From positions 1 to 57,242 of IMG/VR virus record IMGVR_UViG_3300008966_000004: DNA of 57,242 nucleotides, one strand, 5' to 3'. A model generated the notes under the pieces. That model was not told where the DNA came from and did not search any database. It was given only the letters and a program-made list of their open reading frames with translations. Positions within the stretch are counted from its first letter, which is position 1; every line of letters starts with the position of its first letter. A program made the position numbers and the translations under genes. This DNA comes from a virus. Its lineage: Duplodnaviria; Caudoviricetes. Shown piece after piece: positions 17,756-27,088 of this stretch.

Positions 17756-18153
17756 TAAATTTTCTTAGTTTTATTAGGTGTATTAAATAACTCACCAAAT
17801 GCTTCACCAATATATTGTCCTTCCATCGCATCTTCAGCAAACATCCTTACTTCATAGGCGAAATTCCAACCGGCTTGCTTATATAATCTAGGTTCTTCTT
17901 CTTTTGATAATTCGTAAAATTCCTTAATATCTTCGTCAGTAACATTTAGTATTGCTTTTAACACTATGGATTTTGCAAATCTTTCTTCTCCTATATAGCT
18001 TACAAGTAAAATCAGAGCGTCGATTTGATTCTGATCTAATCTCTCTTTTTGTTTTGCTAATAAATATTTTTCTAATATTTTTTTTGTTTCAGATAAGTTT
18101 TCATTTATTTTAAACCTTTCCTGTAATTCTTTTCCTTTTTCTCCTAAAAACAT
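17755..18153 (-). CDS. degenerate GH24 lysozyme-like protein lacking the catalytic lobe
   Basis: LDQNQIDALILLVSYIGEERFAKSIVLKAILN matches [31 protein letters not shown] of the endolysin; no catalytic E/TIGYGH segment. Confidence 0.65.
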   Translation of the reverse strand: MFLGEKGKELQERFKINENLSETKKILEKYLLAKQKERLDQNQIDALILLVSYIGEERFAKSIVLKAILNVTDEDIKEFYELSKEEEPRLYKQAGWNFAYEVRMFAEDAMEGQYIGEAFGELFNTPNKTKKI

Positions 18154-18212
18154 AACTTTCTTCTTATTTATTGTTAATTTTTTTAATTAAATCTAACTTT
18201 TACTATACTTTA

Positions 18213-19403
18213 TCAATTAGTCTTATAAAAATAACTTAGTCGGAAATTCGTACCATCGAATATTGTTCTAACTTCTACATCTTTAATCAGATTGCCTTTA
18301 AATCTATCAGTATAAGGATAACCCATTATGATAGCACTTTCTATTTCTAGATTATCTATCTTAATTTTATATCCCGTTGTATTACCTAATAAACTATAAT
18401 TCGATGGAGGTATAAAACATACTTCCATATTCTTCTTTAATTCGGTAATAGGAAGTCCATAGCTTGTTTTTAAAGCGATTACTGTATTCACACTAGAATC
18501 TGTAGTAACTGAAACCACATCAAAAACGTTACTTGTCTTTATAGCTTTGTTAACATGATTATTTAGACTAGCAAAAGTTATCTTTCTATCTTTTGATTCC
18601 AAATAACCTCCTTGTGGATTTACCAGTCTCATAGGTAATACATCGTAGGTATTAATTACCCCTTCATGATAATCTAATTCACCATTATATACTGTTCTGA
18701 CTTCTTGACCTTTTTTAAGGTCTTTAACAACGGATAAGTCGTTATACAATAGCTGTCCTGAGGTTATACTTGTTGTGTCTATTTTGATTTTGATTTGTCT
18801 ACTTGTTGTGCAATCTTGATTGGGCGTAAAACATACTTCCATATTCTTCTTTAATTCAGTAATAGGAAGTCCATAACTTGTTTTTAAAGCGATTACTGTA
18901 CTCCCACTAGAATCTATAGTAACTGAAACCACATCAAAAACGTTACTTGTCTTTATAGCTTTGTTAACATGATTATATAGACTAGCAAAAGTTATCTTTC
19001 TATCTTTTGATTCCAAATAACCTCCTTGTGGATTTACCAGTCTCATAGGTAATACATCGTAGGTATTAATTACCCCTTCATGATAATCTAAAGAGTTTAC
19101 ACTCATGACTAGTTTTTGTTGATCCTTTACATAGTAAATAACACCATCATTACTTGCTGCACTCGGCAAATCATCCTTTGTATTAACACTAAATGGCCGA
19201 TTCGTGTAATACACGGAATAATCTAAATTTTCGCCATGATTGTAAAATAGATAATTTAATAATTGCCTTGGTAAAATAGTACCCGTAAATCCTTCTTCTA
19301 GAAAACTTAAAGGCGGCTCTTCATCTAATCTATTAAAATATCCATTCTGTAATTTAATTCTAGTAGTTGCCCATTTAGTAACAACCGGTAATTTTTGCGG
19401 CAT
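18213..19403 (-). CDS. tail fibre / receptor-binding protein with tandemly duplicated 138-aa module
   Basis: Position after baseplate genes; N-terminal PP...EEGF...LPRQLLNYLF baseplate-anchor motif; internal duplication. Confidence 0.8.
   Translation of the reverse strand: MPQKLPVVTKWATTRIKLQNGYFNRLDEEPPLSFLEEGFTGTILPRQLLNYLFYNHGENLDYSVYYTNRPFSVNTKDDLPSAASNDGVIYYVKDQQKLVMSVNSLDYHEGVINTYDVLPMRLVNPQGGYLESKDRKITFASLYNHVNKAIKTSNVFDVVSVTIDSSGSTVIALKTSYGLPITELKKNMEVCFTPNQDCTTSRQIKIKIDTTSITSGQLLYNDLSVVKDLKKGQEVRTVYNGELDYHEGVINTYDVLPMRLVNPQGGYLESKDRKITFASLNNHVNKAIKTSNVFDVVSVTTDSSVNTVIALKTSYGLPITELKKNMEVCFIPPSNYSLLGNTTGYKIKIDNLEIESAIIMGYPYTDRFKGNLIKDVEVRTIFDGTNFRLSYFYKTN
18413..19091. repeat. 265-bp direct repeat (18413-18677 and 18827-19091; 414-bp period; 6 mismatches)
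   Basis: Direct base-by-base comparison. Confidence 0.95.
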
Positions 19404-19406
19404 AAA

Positions 19407-20105
19407 CTATTCCATTAAATCTGTTAAATTTCCATTATCTATAAAATCTGTATCCGAATTCCAATCACTTAGTCCGGGTAAATTAGTATTTATTGTTTTG
19501 TATATAGCAACTTCTAATGTGGTTTCTTGATTATTATTGTTAGTATCTAATAATATACCTGAGTTTCCAACAATATAATTGTAATTTATATCTTTCATTT
19601 CACTAAAAATAATATCCCTCGTACCTATCATAATTAATCCAATAAAATTAACACATAAAGGCTTTGCAAGGGTAATTATATTTTTTATTCTTTCTATTTC
19701 ATCAAAAGTCAAATCACCTTTTATTTCCACTAAAAAAGCATTTTGTTTTATTTCGATTAAATGAATTTGTGTTATTTTGGTATTAAATGATACAAAAGTA
19801 ATAATTTCCTCCGGTGTACCGGTTGAATTATTTTGAATGATTTTATTAATAATAGCTCTTCTATATTCTGCATCCTCTTTGTAATTTCTAACCTCACCTA
19901 CTATGTCGCCTAAATAATCCAAACTTTTGTATTTAGCTGTAAGTATATTTTTTTCAGCATGTATATCCCATAGCAAATTCTCTAGCTCTTGCCATTTTAC
20001 AACTAAGGCATCCTGAAATTTTAAAATATTATTGCTTTCCTTATCCTGTTCAACTAAGCGAGCTCTTGCTCGATCAATATGATCGTTAATTCTTTCCGTA
20101 AACAT
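19407..20105 (-). CDS. baseplate protein (DUF2612-like)
   Basis: LDYLGDIVGE.R...DAEYRRAI..KI..N.S.GT motif; follows baseplate J. Confidence 0.8.
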   Translation of the reverse strand: MFTERINDHIDRARARLVEQDKESNNILKFQDALVVKWQELENLLWDIHAEKNILTAKYKSLDYLGDIVGEVRNYKEDAEYRRAIINKIIQNNSTGTPEEIITFVSFNTKITQIHLIEIKQNAFLVEIKGDLTFDEIERIKNIITLAKPLCVNFIGLIMIGTRDIIFSEMKDINYNYIVGNSGILLDTNNNNQETTLEVAIYKTINTNLPGLSDWNSDTDFIDNGNLTDLME

Positions 20106-20109
20106 TAAA

Positions 20110-21543
20110 TTAAGACACTGTAATTGTTATTCTGCTTTTTTCTACTATTAAAAGCTCTCTTGTTCCAGCTGTAATGTTAGCTGTGCTTAATGCTGCACTA
20201 GTATCACTTGGGTTATAACTCTTACCTAACTGAATCGTTGCCTCAACTACACCATCTTGCTTATAAATTATTGAATATAAAGATTGATAATATAAGGTCT
20301 GCCCAAGTCCCAACCCAACCATTGTATTTACTATATCATCCTTTATAAATTCTACTGAATCTGTATTGAAAGTATCATTTTTAGTAATTGCAATGCTAAT
20401 AAATACGTATACCTGTGTAGGTCTTGAAAAGTATATACGCTGCACATGATTCGTACTATCTGTTACATCAAAATAACTAGAACCATATGAAGATATACCA
20501 ACTGGCTTATAGTCCCATATTGCTTTAGCTATTAACTCATCAGTTCCGCCATATATAATACATTCAAAACTATAAGGCGGAATATTATCTACTGTAGAAG
20601 CTGTTGCATTTTCATTAACAGTAACTGCAATCACGTCTCGAATTGTAAATAATTTACTTCTTATTGATGGAAGAGTACTGCGACCATTTAAACTTAATAA
20701 AGTTTTTCTACGAATTCTTAAATCTATATCTGTTTCTAAATCGCTACCAGTAAAGCCAGCATTATAATTATTTATACTGATTATGCCGTTAGCTAAATTT
20801 ATAAATTCTGTTAATGCTCCAGAAGGAATTGGTACTGCCCCTATTATTGTATTATAATATAATACATTGCTGGTAACTGTAACAATTGTACTTCCACTGT
20901 TAGCATCTAGTATACAGGAAAAATTATTTTGATAATCTTGTGATATAATATCAATCATATCATTTGATACAGTAGCTATTAATGATAAATTTTCTTTGCT
21001 ATTAATAGCATTACTTAATCCTATTGCTATCATAGGTATAGTATCATTAATTTGTTTAGTATAGGATATTATTTCATTATTAATTGTTATCTTATATATA
21101 CTTTTTTCATTAGTAGTTATTTGTAATTTTATACCAATACATGATTCATTATTTATGCTGATTTCTTCTATATTAGAAAAAGAAGTAGATGTATTCGGAA
21201 TTGTTGCCAAAGTAGAGGAGGGTAAAATTGAAAAATTTTCTCCTGTAACTTGTGCCTTTACATAACTATAAGTAGCTGGTAACCTTTTAATACCAAGCAA
21301 TGCACAATTATAGTCAAGACTTATACCTTCTGCAAAGGTCGGTGAGAAACTATCGTATAAAGATTGACATAATTGCCAGATAAACACTTCCCTTTCAGTA
21401 AAGATATTTACCATATTGCCTATTACTGTATTGTCATCAAAATTAAGCTGCCCTAAGTTTGCAGTTAATTCCTGCTGTATCTCAGCAGTTACTACGTCGA
21501 AAGTCTTTGTTATTAATCCGTCTTTTGTTAATCCGTAAGCCAT
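20110..21543 (-). CDS. baseplate J/gp47-family wedge protein
   Basis: AEGISLD...LLGIKRLPAT, G.D.ETD..LR.R, PPYSFECIIYGG..IAKAIW..KP.GI. Confidence 0.9.
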   Translation of the reverse strand: MAYGLTKDGLITKTFDVVTAEIQQELTANLGQLNFDDNTVIGNMVNIFTEREVFIWQLCQSLYDSFSPTFAEGISLDYNCALLGIKRLPATYSYVKAQVTGENFSILPSSTLATIPNTSTSFSNIEEISINNESCIGIKLQITTNEKSIYKITINNEIISYTKQINDTIPMIAIGLSNAINSKENLSLIATVSNDMIDIISQDYQNNFSCILDANSGSTIVTVTSNVLYYNTIIGAVPIPSGALTEFINLANGIISINNYNAGFTGSDLETDIDLRIRRKTLLSLNGRSTLPSIRSKLFTIRDVIAVTVNENATASTVDNIPPYSFECIIYGGTDELIAKAIWDYKPVGISSYGSSYFDVTDSTNHVQRIYFSRPTQVYVFISIAITKNDTFNTDSVEFIKDDIVNTMVGLGLGQTLYYQSLYSIIYKQDGVVEATIQLGKSYNPSDTSAALSTANITAGTRELLIVEKSRITITVS

Positions 21544-21546
21544 GTT

Positions 21547-21915
21547 CTATTGATTTGTATTAAGATTGGTAACTGTTACCTCATTGCCTAAATCATCTTG
21601 TAAAGTAATCTTTATTGTAACAGTTCTTGTTGAATCATTAAACGCAATATTGAATTTTGTTATTTCTTTGACTCCTTCTACTTCTTGGATGGCATTCATG
21701 ATAATAGCCTGTACTGTATCAAGTGAGTTCTTCGTACCTAATATACTTTGAAAGTAAGGTACTCCAAGTTCAGTATCTAGCCAATAATCACCTTTAAAAA
21801 GCAGTAACTTTCTTTGTACTCTTTGGGCTATTACAGTTTCGTCAGTAGTAAGCTGAAAATCAAAATTCTCAATAAGCAAATCACCGCCAACTAGTTGTAA
21901 ATCTTGTTTTTTCAT
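21547..21915 (-). CDS. baseplate wedge/gp25-like protein
   Basis: IAQRV..KL..FKGDYWLDTELGVPYFQ.ILG..I..VEGV motif. Confidence 0.8.
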   Translation of the reverse strand: MKKQDLQLVGGDLLIENFDFQLTTDETVIAQRVQRKLLLFKGDYWLDTELGVPYFQSILGTKNSLDTVQAIIMNAIQEVEGVKEITKFNIAFNDSTRTVTIKITLQDDLGNEVTVTNLNTNQ

Positions 21916-23030
21916 ACTTCTTCGTTTAACTCTTGTCCCACTAATTCTAGTTTACCACAGTCTTTTTCAAAAGAAATAATGATTTCATCTAATAACTCAA
22001 TTTGATTTTGAGTTTGCATTATATCAGCGTAATATTCATACTGTATTTTTACAACATGACTTACATCTTTTATTACCTTTATCTTGTCAAAACTATTAAT
22101 AATCTTTGTTATAAAACTACTATATTGATTATTAAGAATAAATAAATAATTCTTTTTTACTAAATTTAAGTCTTTACTAGGTTTAGTCTGAGTAACAGCA
22201 TCTTCACTATGTACTTTTATTTGCGTTGATTGTTCCCCAATAGTTTTGATTTCTGTTTGCGTTAATTGTTCTTTTATGAATTTGGTATCTGTTTGAATTA
22301 ACTGCTCTTTTTTTTCTTGGATGTCAGTTTGGAACTCGCTATCCTTTACTTGCTTTTCTTCTACTTTCAACAATTTTTGAGTTACTAGGTATTGTTCAAG
22401 TGCAAAAGATTTAATTGTATGGTATATTAAAGAAGAATACGGCTGCATCTTTTTTATATCTTGATTAAGAATATCCACCATTGCTTCGTAGTAATCACCA
22501 AACATATTAGGCTTCAAACTGGAATACCAAGTATTCTTTTTTGATTGCTCGCATTCTACAATGTTATTAGCAATAGTGTTTTGAAAACTTTTTAGAACTC
22601 TAATATCATTCACCTCTACTTTCATCCCTGTCATATTTTCAAAGTCTTTGTGGGTTTTGATCAGCATTTTTTCAAAATATGTATAAATTTCAGGTCTCGG
22701 TAGAGTTTTATTCAAAAAATCAAAAAATTCTATTTTTTCTTTGGGTTCTTTAAACACTTCTCTATTAGTAAAACCTCTCTGCGAGAATCCATCTAACCCA
22801 AGTCTCATTAACTTGGAAGCTCTAACTTCTGCTGTTTCTTTCTGTTTCATAACGAACTCTTAGTTAATAATATATTTAGTATTGTATCAAAAGTTTTAAA
22901 AGAAGCAAAAATATCCTTTTAAAAAGGTTAATTCAGGTTGAGAAGTGTTATAAAGAATTTTAGCTATTATCCAAAAGAAAAAGGTTGATTATTAATCACC
23001 GCCGACTAGTTGTAAATCTTGGTTCTTCAT
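21879..23030. repeat. 37-bp direct repeat (21879-21915 / 22994-23030) duplicating the gene start MK(K/N)QDLQLVGGD and flanking a moron
   Basis: AATCACCGCC(A/G)ACTAGTTGTAAATCTTG(T/G)TT(T/C)TTCAT at both sites, 1115 bp apart. Confidence 0.9.
21912..22850 (-). CDS. moron-encoded hypothetical protein (possible host effector)
   Basis: Own promoter-like TTGCTT-16-TACAAT at 22908-22881; short KEQL.QT(D/E).K repeats; bounded by direct repeats. Confidence 0.7.
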   Translation of the reverse strand: MKQKETAEVRASKLMRLGLDGFSQRGFTNREVFKEPKEKIEFFDFLNKTLPRPEIYTYFEKMLIKTHKDFENMTGMKVEVNDIRVLKSFQNTIANNIVECEQSKKNTWYSSLKPNMFGDYYEAMVDILNQDIKKMQPYSSLIYHTIKSFALEQYLVTQKLLKVEEKQVKDSEFQTDIQEKKEQLIQTDTKFIKEQLTQTEIKTIGEQSTQIKVHSEDAVTQTKPSKDLNLVKKNYLFILNNQYSSFITKIINSFDKIKVIKDVSHVVKIQYEYYADIMQTQNQIELLDEIIISFEKDCGKLELVGQELNEEV

Positions 23031-23299
23031 GTTTTATAACTTGATATGATCTTTATTATTTCTTTTAATCTATCACCATAAAAGAAAATATCTATAATAA
23101 TGCTTTTATCATCTGTAACAAAAAAAATAATTTTATCCATTACTAAAAAAAGTAATAAGAGTAAAAATCTTTTAAAACATTATGGTAATCAGCTTTTTAC
23201 CTAAATGCAAATATTCACCACTATGGATAAAATGAAACAATTGCGTATAGATGTATAACCCCACAACAAAACAAATAAAAGAATATAACATTAATTTTT

Positions 23300-24199
23300 T
23301 TATAATCCATCTAATATGGAATCACCAAATCTACGTCTACGAGCCGTTGTCGTTGCAACCGCTCCACCGCTTGCGGTAGTAGTAATGCCTGGTTGTGCTG
23401 GTGCTGGTTCTAATGGTGAAACATACTGGTGTGTATGTCCTTCTAGTCCAACGCCGCTTGTAGTCTGCACACTTTGTCCAGTAATTACCGCAGTGCTCGT
23501 AATGTTCCCCTCAACCTGCAAAGCTCCTTTTATATTAAAATTGGTACACTCTGCACTAATAATCTCAGCGGCTTTTATTGAAGCATTTTTGCATTCAATA
23601 GTAATCGCCTCAGTGCAGTTTATACTAATATCTTTTGTTTTTAAATCTATTTTTTTCGCTGCATTGATTTCAATGAGTCCATCAGGCTTTATTGTTACAT
23701 TTGAATCAGGTGTTTTTATATCAATTTGCTTGGCAGCAACGACTTCTGTTATGCCATCTGGTTTAAGTGTTATGCTTGAGCCAGCATATTGAATATGCAT
23801 ATCAGTATTATTCAAAGCAACACTTGCGGCAGAAAAAGGAGTAAGTCCAACAAAAGCTATAGCATCGTTAAGAGTATGCATCCGCCTTGTCATTGGTCTA
23901 TCCTTAGGTTTGCCGAGTAACCAGTTTCTTGCATCTCTATCTAGAAAGATAACAACACAACCATCACCAGCTTTTACTGGCATGGTAATAGATGCCCCGC
24001 CCGATCTTGGAAACACGACTGGCACGCCAGATATTCCTTTTAAAGGATTAATATTGTTATCCGCAAGCAGCTCCGGACTAAAATCTATATCTGCCATCTG
24101 CTTTTTGTGATCATAACTCTTAATAATACCAGGCAACGAGACTCTTAACTCCTCGTTTATCTTAGCTTTTAAGGGCGGTATCACTTCGGCCATTGACAT
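23300..24199 (-). CDS. baseplate central spike (Gp138/gpV-like)
   Basis: LPGII.SYD, VPVVFPR.GG..ITMPVK.GD.C.V.F.DR, RMH.L.DAIAF.G, beta-helix repeats, HTH metal-binding tip. Confidence 0.9.
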   Translation of the reverse strand: MSMAEVIPPLKAKINEELRVSLPGIIKSYDHKKQMADIDFSPELLADNNINPLKGISGVPVVFPRSGGASITMPVKAGDGCVVIFLDRDARNWLLGKPKDRPMTRRMHTLNDAIAFVGLTPFSAASVALNNTDMHIQYAGSSITLKPDGITEVVAAKQIDIKTPDSNVTIKPDGLIEINAAKKIDLKTKDISINCTEAITIECKNASIKAAEIISAECTNFNIKGALQVEGNITSTAVITGQSVQTTSGVGLEGHTHQYVSPLEPAPAQPGITTTASGGAVATTTARRRRFGDSILDGL

Positions 24200-24231
24200 T
24201 TATATTCTCTTTTTTTTCTTTATAAAATTAA

Positions 24232-24402
24232 CTACTTTGCTATATTATTCATACAATCTTCAAATAGTCTTTCGCTATTAACTACAATACCTATATCCCA
24301 GTTTAACATCAAAAGAAGACCAATCTCCATAAATAGTAAGAAAATCCCGAAACCACCGATCGCCATAAATAGGCTACCAACTACTTTTTTAAAATCAAAC
24401 AT
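24232..24402 (-). CDS. small membrane protein (56 aa)
   Basis: MFDFKKVVGSLFMAIGGFGIFLLFMEIGLLL...; AGGAG RBS. Confidence 0.45.
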   Translation of the reverse strand: MFDFKKVVGSLFMAIGGFGIFLLFMEIGLLLMLNWDIGIVVNSERLFEDCMNNIAK

Positions 24403-24439
24403 TATTTTACTCCTTTTTGTATCGCTTCATTCCTTAATA

Positions 24440-25003
24440 TCACACTTTCTCTGTTCGTGCAAATTCCTTACACAATCGTTTAGCAGCTAAATTGTAAGCT
24501 TCCTGTGCTTCTTCTTGTGTAAAATAAGCTCCTAAGTAATATCTTGTATGATAAAAACAGATCGTAGACCTCCATTTACCTTTATCAAAGAACACTCCTT
24601 TACCTTCTGTTTTTCTTCCAAAATTAACTTGCGATGATGTAGCAGAACGTAAATTGTAAAACTTTGTATTTAGAGGGTTGCCATCAATAAAAGATACATA
24701 TTCAGGCGTGTACCCATGAAACATAAGAAAAATTAATCTAGCTGTTGTATAACCTTTGCCTTTTATATACGTTCTTTTAAAAGGATTTCTTTTTTTGCCT
24801 CTAAAACTTACATGAGAAGCTTTATCGCCAATTTTGACATGATCAGCAACAGATATACGCCAGTATAACTCTCCATCTTGGCCGTAATTAAAAAAGCTCT
24901 TTAGTTCTTCCTGAGTAAATGGACTTTTTACTTCCTTGCACCTTTCCACTGGAATTTTAGGAATAGTCTTTGTTATTCGCTTAAATATTTTTTCGTTGAT
25001 CAT
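24440..25003 (-). CDS. HNH_3/AP2 homing-endonuclease-like protein with degenerate HNH site
   Basis: F.Y....G.LYWR, ARLIFLMFHG..P..VSFIDGNPLNT...NLR.AT, KGVF...GKWRS.I....YLG.Y.T.EEA..AY AP2 domain; ATG 25003 preferred over 25072. Confidence 0.8.
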   Translation of the reverse strand: MINEKIFKRITKTIPKIPVERCKEVKSPFTQEELKSFFNYGQDGELYWRISVADHVKIGDKASHVSFRGKKRNPFKRTYIKGKGYTTARLIFLMFHGYTPEYVSFIDGNPLNTKFYNLRSATSSQVNFGRKTEGKGVFFDKGKWRSTICFYHTRYYLGAYFTQEEAQEAYNLAAKRLCKEFARTEKV

Positions 25004-25038
25004 TTTAAAATTATCTAAGCCAGAACCAACGTTAAGTG

Positions 25039-25290
25039 TTATAAATTTCTTACTCCCCCTAGTACCTCCCAATCTTTACAACAATAAGGTTTATAACTAG
25101 TAGTACAAACATGTTTTAAATGTTTTTTACACCATATATGAAGTGGTCTTATGTATTCTACATATACTCCTTTATTTTCTTCTCTTACTATTCTATTTGA
25201 TATATCTATATGAACATGATTAGAACTCTCGCTAATTATATTGTTCTCTTCTACTAGAAATACACCATTTTCATTTTTAACTGTTATCAT
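25039..25290 (-). CDS. hypothetical protein
   Basis: GGAGG RBS before MITVK; ORF track 25039..25305. Confidence 0.55.
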   Translation of the reverse strand: MITVKNENGVFLVEENNIISESSNHVHIDISNRIVREENKGVYVEYIRPLHIWCKKHLKHVCTTSYKPYCCKDWEVLGGVRNL

Positions 25291-25463
25291 TCTAATACCT
25301 CCCAATCATCAGCTAATATATCAATAGGAGTTAATATATATTGACAATTTTTACCCATTATCCAAAAACTATTAATACTTATATATAAATGAAAATCCCA
25401 ATCTTTACGTTTTATGTTATTATCGTTATGTTGAGCTAATTTCATTGCATCAATAATGTTCAT
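25287..25463 (-). CDS. DUF2829/Tad2-like small protein
   Basis: MNIIDAMK...IKRKDW...LTPIDILADDWEV signature. Confidence 0.65.
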   Translation of the reverse strand: MNIIDAMKLAQHNDNNIKRKDWDFHLYISINSFWIMGKNCQYILTPIDILADDWEVLE

Positions 25464-25467
25464 TTTT

Positions 25468-25818
25468 TTACTCCCTGTTATCATACTCAAACATTACTCT
25501 CTTATTTGCTGTTATTTGTATGAAGTCTATATCCTCGCTTTCATATAAATAAGTAAATGTATCACTTACCAGAAATGCAAAACAATCTAACAACAATGAA
25601 AAGTATAATTCTTCATTAAACCCGTACTCATCACTATTTTTAAAATGTATTTTATAATAATCGGTTTGAATTTTATTACCCTCTAATACTACTCCATAAT
25701 CAGCAACCAGTTTACATATAGCAATATTAGATGTTTTATTATAATTTGAATTTAAAGCTTTAGAAAATTTATTAATCTTAATTGCCTTATTATCTTTATC
25801 CCATATATCTATAAACAT
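25468..25818 (-). CDS. hypothetical protein
   Basis: ORF track; GGAGG upstream. Confidence 0.55.
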   Translation of the reverse strand: MFIDIWDKDNKAIKINKFSKALNSNYNKTSNIAICKLVADYGVVLEGNKIQTDYYKIHFKNSDEYGFNEELYFSLLLDCFAFLVSDTFTYLYESEDIDFIQITANKRVMFEYDNRE

Positions 25819-25819
25819 A

Positions 25820-26095
25820 TTATTTTACTTCCTCCCAAATTACTTTATCTGTTTCTAAATCAAAAACTATTCTTTCCGTATAATTATAAATTTTTAATAA
25901 CTTATTAAACTCATAGCTATTAATAAATTACATGACCTCTTCTGTAGTATTAAAATATTTGTTGTAGTGATCAACTCCCATTTCATCGAAAAAACATAAT
26001 TCAAACTTAGGTTTTACTGTATCATTAATATTCCTTTTTTCTATTTCTTTAAATATTGTTAATGCTTTATTTTCAGTTTCTTTTGTATCACTCAT
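25820..26095 (-). pseudogene. paralogue of 27089-27427 with one in-frame TAA
   Basis: MSDTKETE...KPKFEL...EEVM*FINS...RIVFDLETDKVIW; stop at 25930-25928, frame continues after it. Confidence 0.6.
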
Positions 26096-26242
26096 TTTCT
26101 TGTCCTATAATATTTTGTTACTAATAACCTAAGATAATTTAATTTTACTTCTGTTTCGTTACTACCCCAATTATCCATGATATAATCTACTATCTCGTTT
26201 TCTCCTCTTTGTATTTCTAATTCTTTTGTGTTGTTCATTTTA

Positions 26243-26578
26243 TTACCTCCCAGTCATATTTCTAAAAAAATATGCTTCTCTAAAATCCGCTCCTACACAA
26301 TACGCTCCATTTAAATTAGCCTCTTTCGCATCGTGCCTATAGACAATTACATCAACAAAATCAGAACTTCTTAAATCAGTGTTTTTTAGATTTGTTCTTC
26401 TTAAATCAGCTCCTCTAAAATCTGCATATCTTAAATCAGCGTTACTTAAATCTAATTTTTTTAAATTTGTATAACTAAAATCCGCTCTTTTACCTTTAGC
26501 ATAATTACTTTCTAACCATATCTTATGCTCTTTTATCATATGATCGACTTTATCTTGGGTTAGTTTTTGACATGTCAT
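26243..26578 (-). CDS. pentapeptide-repeat protein
   Basis: HKIWLES..GKRADFS followed by A(D/N)L(R/S) pentapeptide repeats. Confidence 0.9.
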   Translation of the reverse strand: MTCQKLTQDKVDHMIKEHKIWLESNYAKGKRADFSYTNLKKLDLSNADLRYADFRGADLRRTNLKNTDLRSSDFVDVIVYRHDAKEANLNGAYCVGADFREAYFFRNMTGR

Positions 26579-26654
26579 TTTCTTTCCTCTTTAATCCTTG
26601 AAATTACAATAAAAAGTTACTCCTAGTCCTAGTATTCCAATACTTAATATTATT

Positions 26655-26852
26655 TTATATATCTTTTTTAATTTCATCTAATATGTATACAATACCATAT
26701 AATGTAGCTCTTAACTTTATTACGTCTTTAAAAACCTCATTTATAGTATATTTATTATCCATATTATCCATAAGCATCTTGATGCTATCTGATAAAAAGT
26801 CCGCTTCAGCTTCCAAGTTAAATTTTAAAGACGATAGTTTTTCTAAAATCAT
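26655..26852 (-). CDS. hypothetical protein
   Basis: AGGAGG RBS; ORF track. Confidence 0.55.
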   Translation of the reverse strand: MILEKLSSLKFNLEAEADFLSDSIKMLMDNMDNKYTINEVFKDVIKLRATLYGIVYILDEIKKDI

Positions 26853-27088
26853 TTTATTTCCTCCTTAATCCTTTAAATTATAATATAAATTAAAACCAAG
26901 TCCTATTAATCCAACAGTGTCCATAAGAAAATTACTATAAAATGGAATAGTATAATTTTTTCAATATCGTGCATTTTGTTTAATCCTCATTATAAAATTT
27001 CAAATTATTGTTTTTTCTAATTTCCTCTTCAGCAAATATTTTACATTTACCTCTATATTTCTTGTAATTATCCATATATTCTTGCTCC

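Noticed and set aside
18413-19091. Diversity-generating retroelement TR/VR pair
   Set aside because: No reverse transcriptase in the window; both copies are in frame in one gene; the 6 mismatches are not adenine-specific on the coding strand
25928-25930. Stop-codon reassignment (alternative genetic code)
   Set aside because: Isolated in-frame TAA; all three stops terminate conserved genes normally, and the tRNA is not a suppressor
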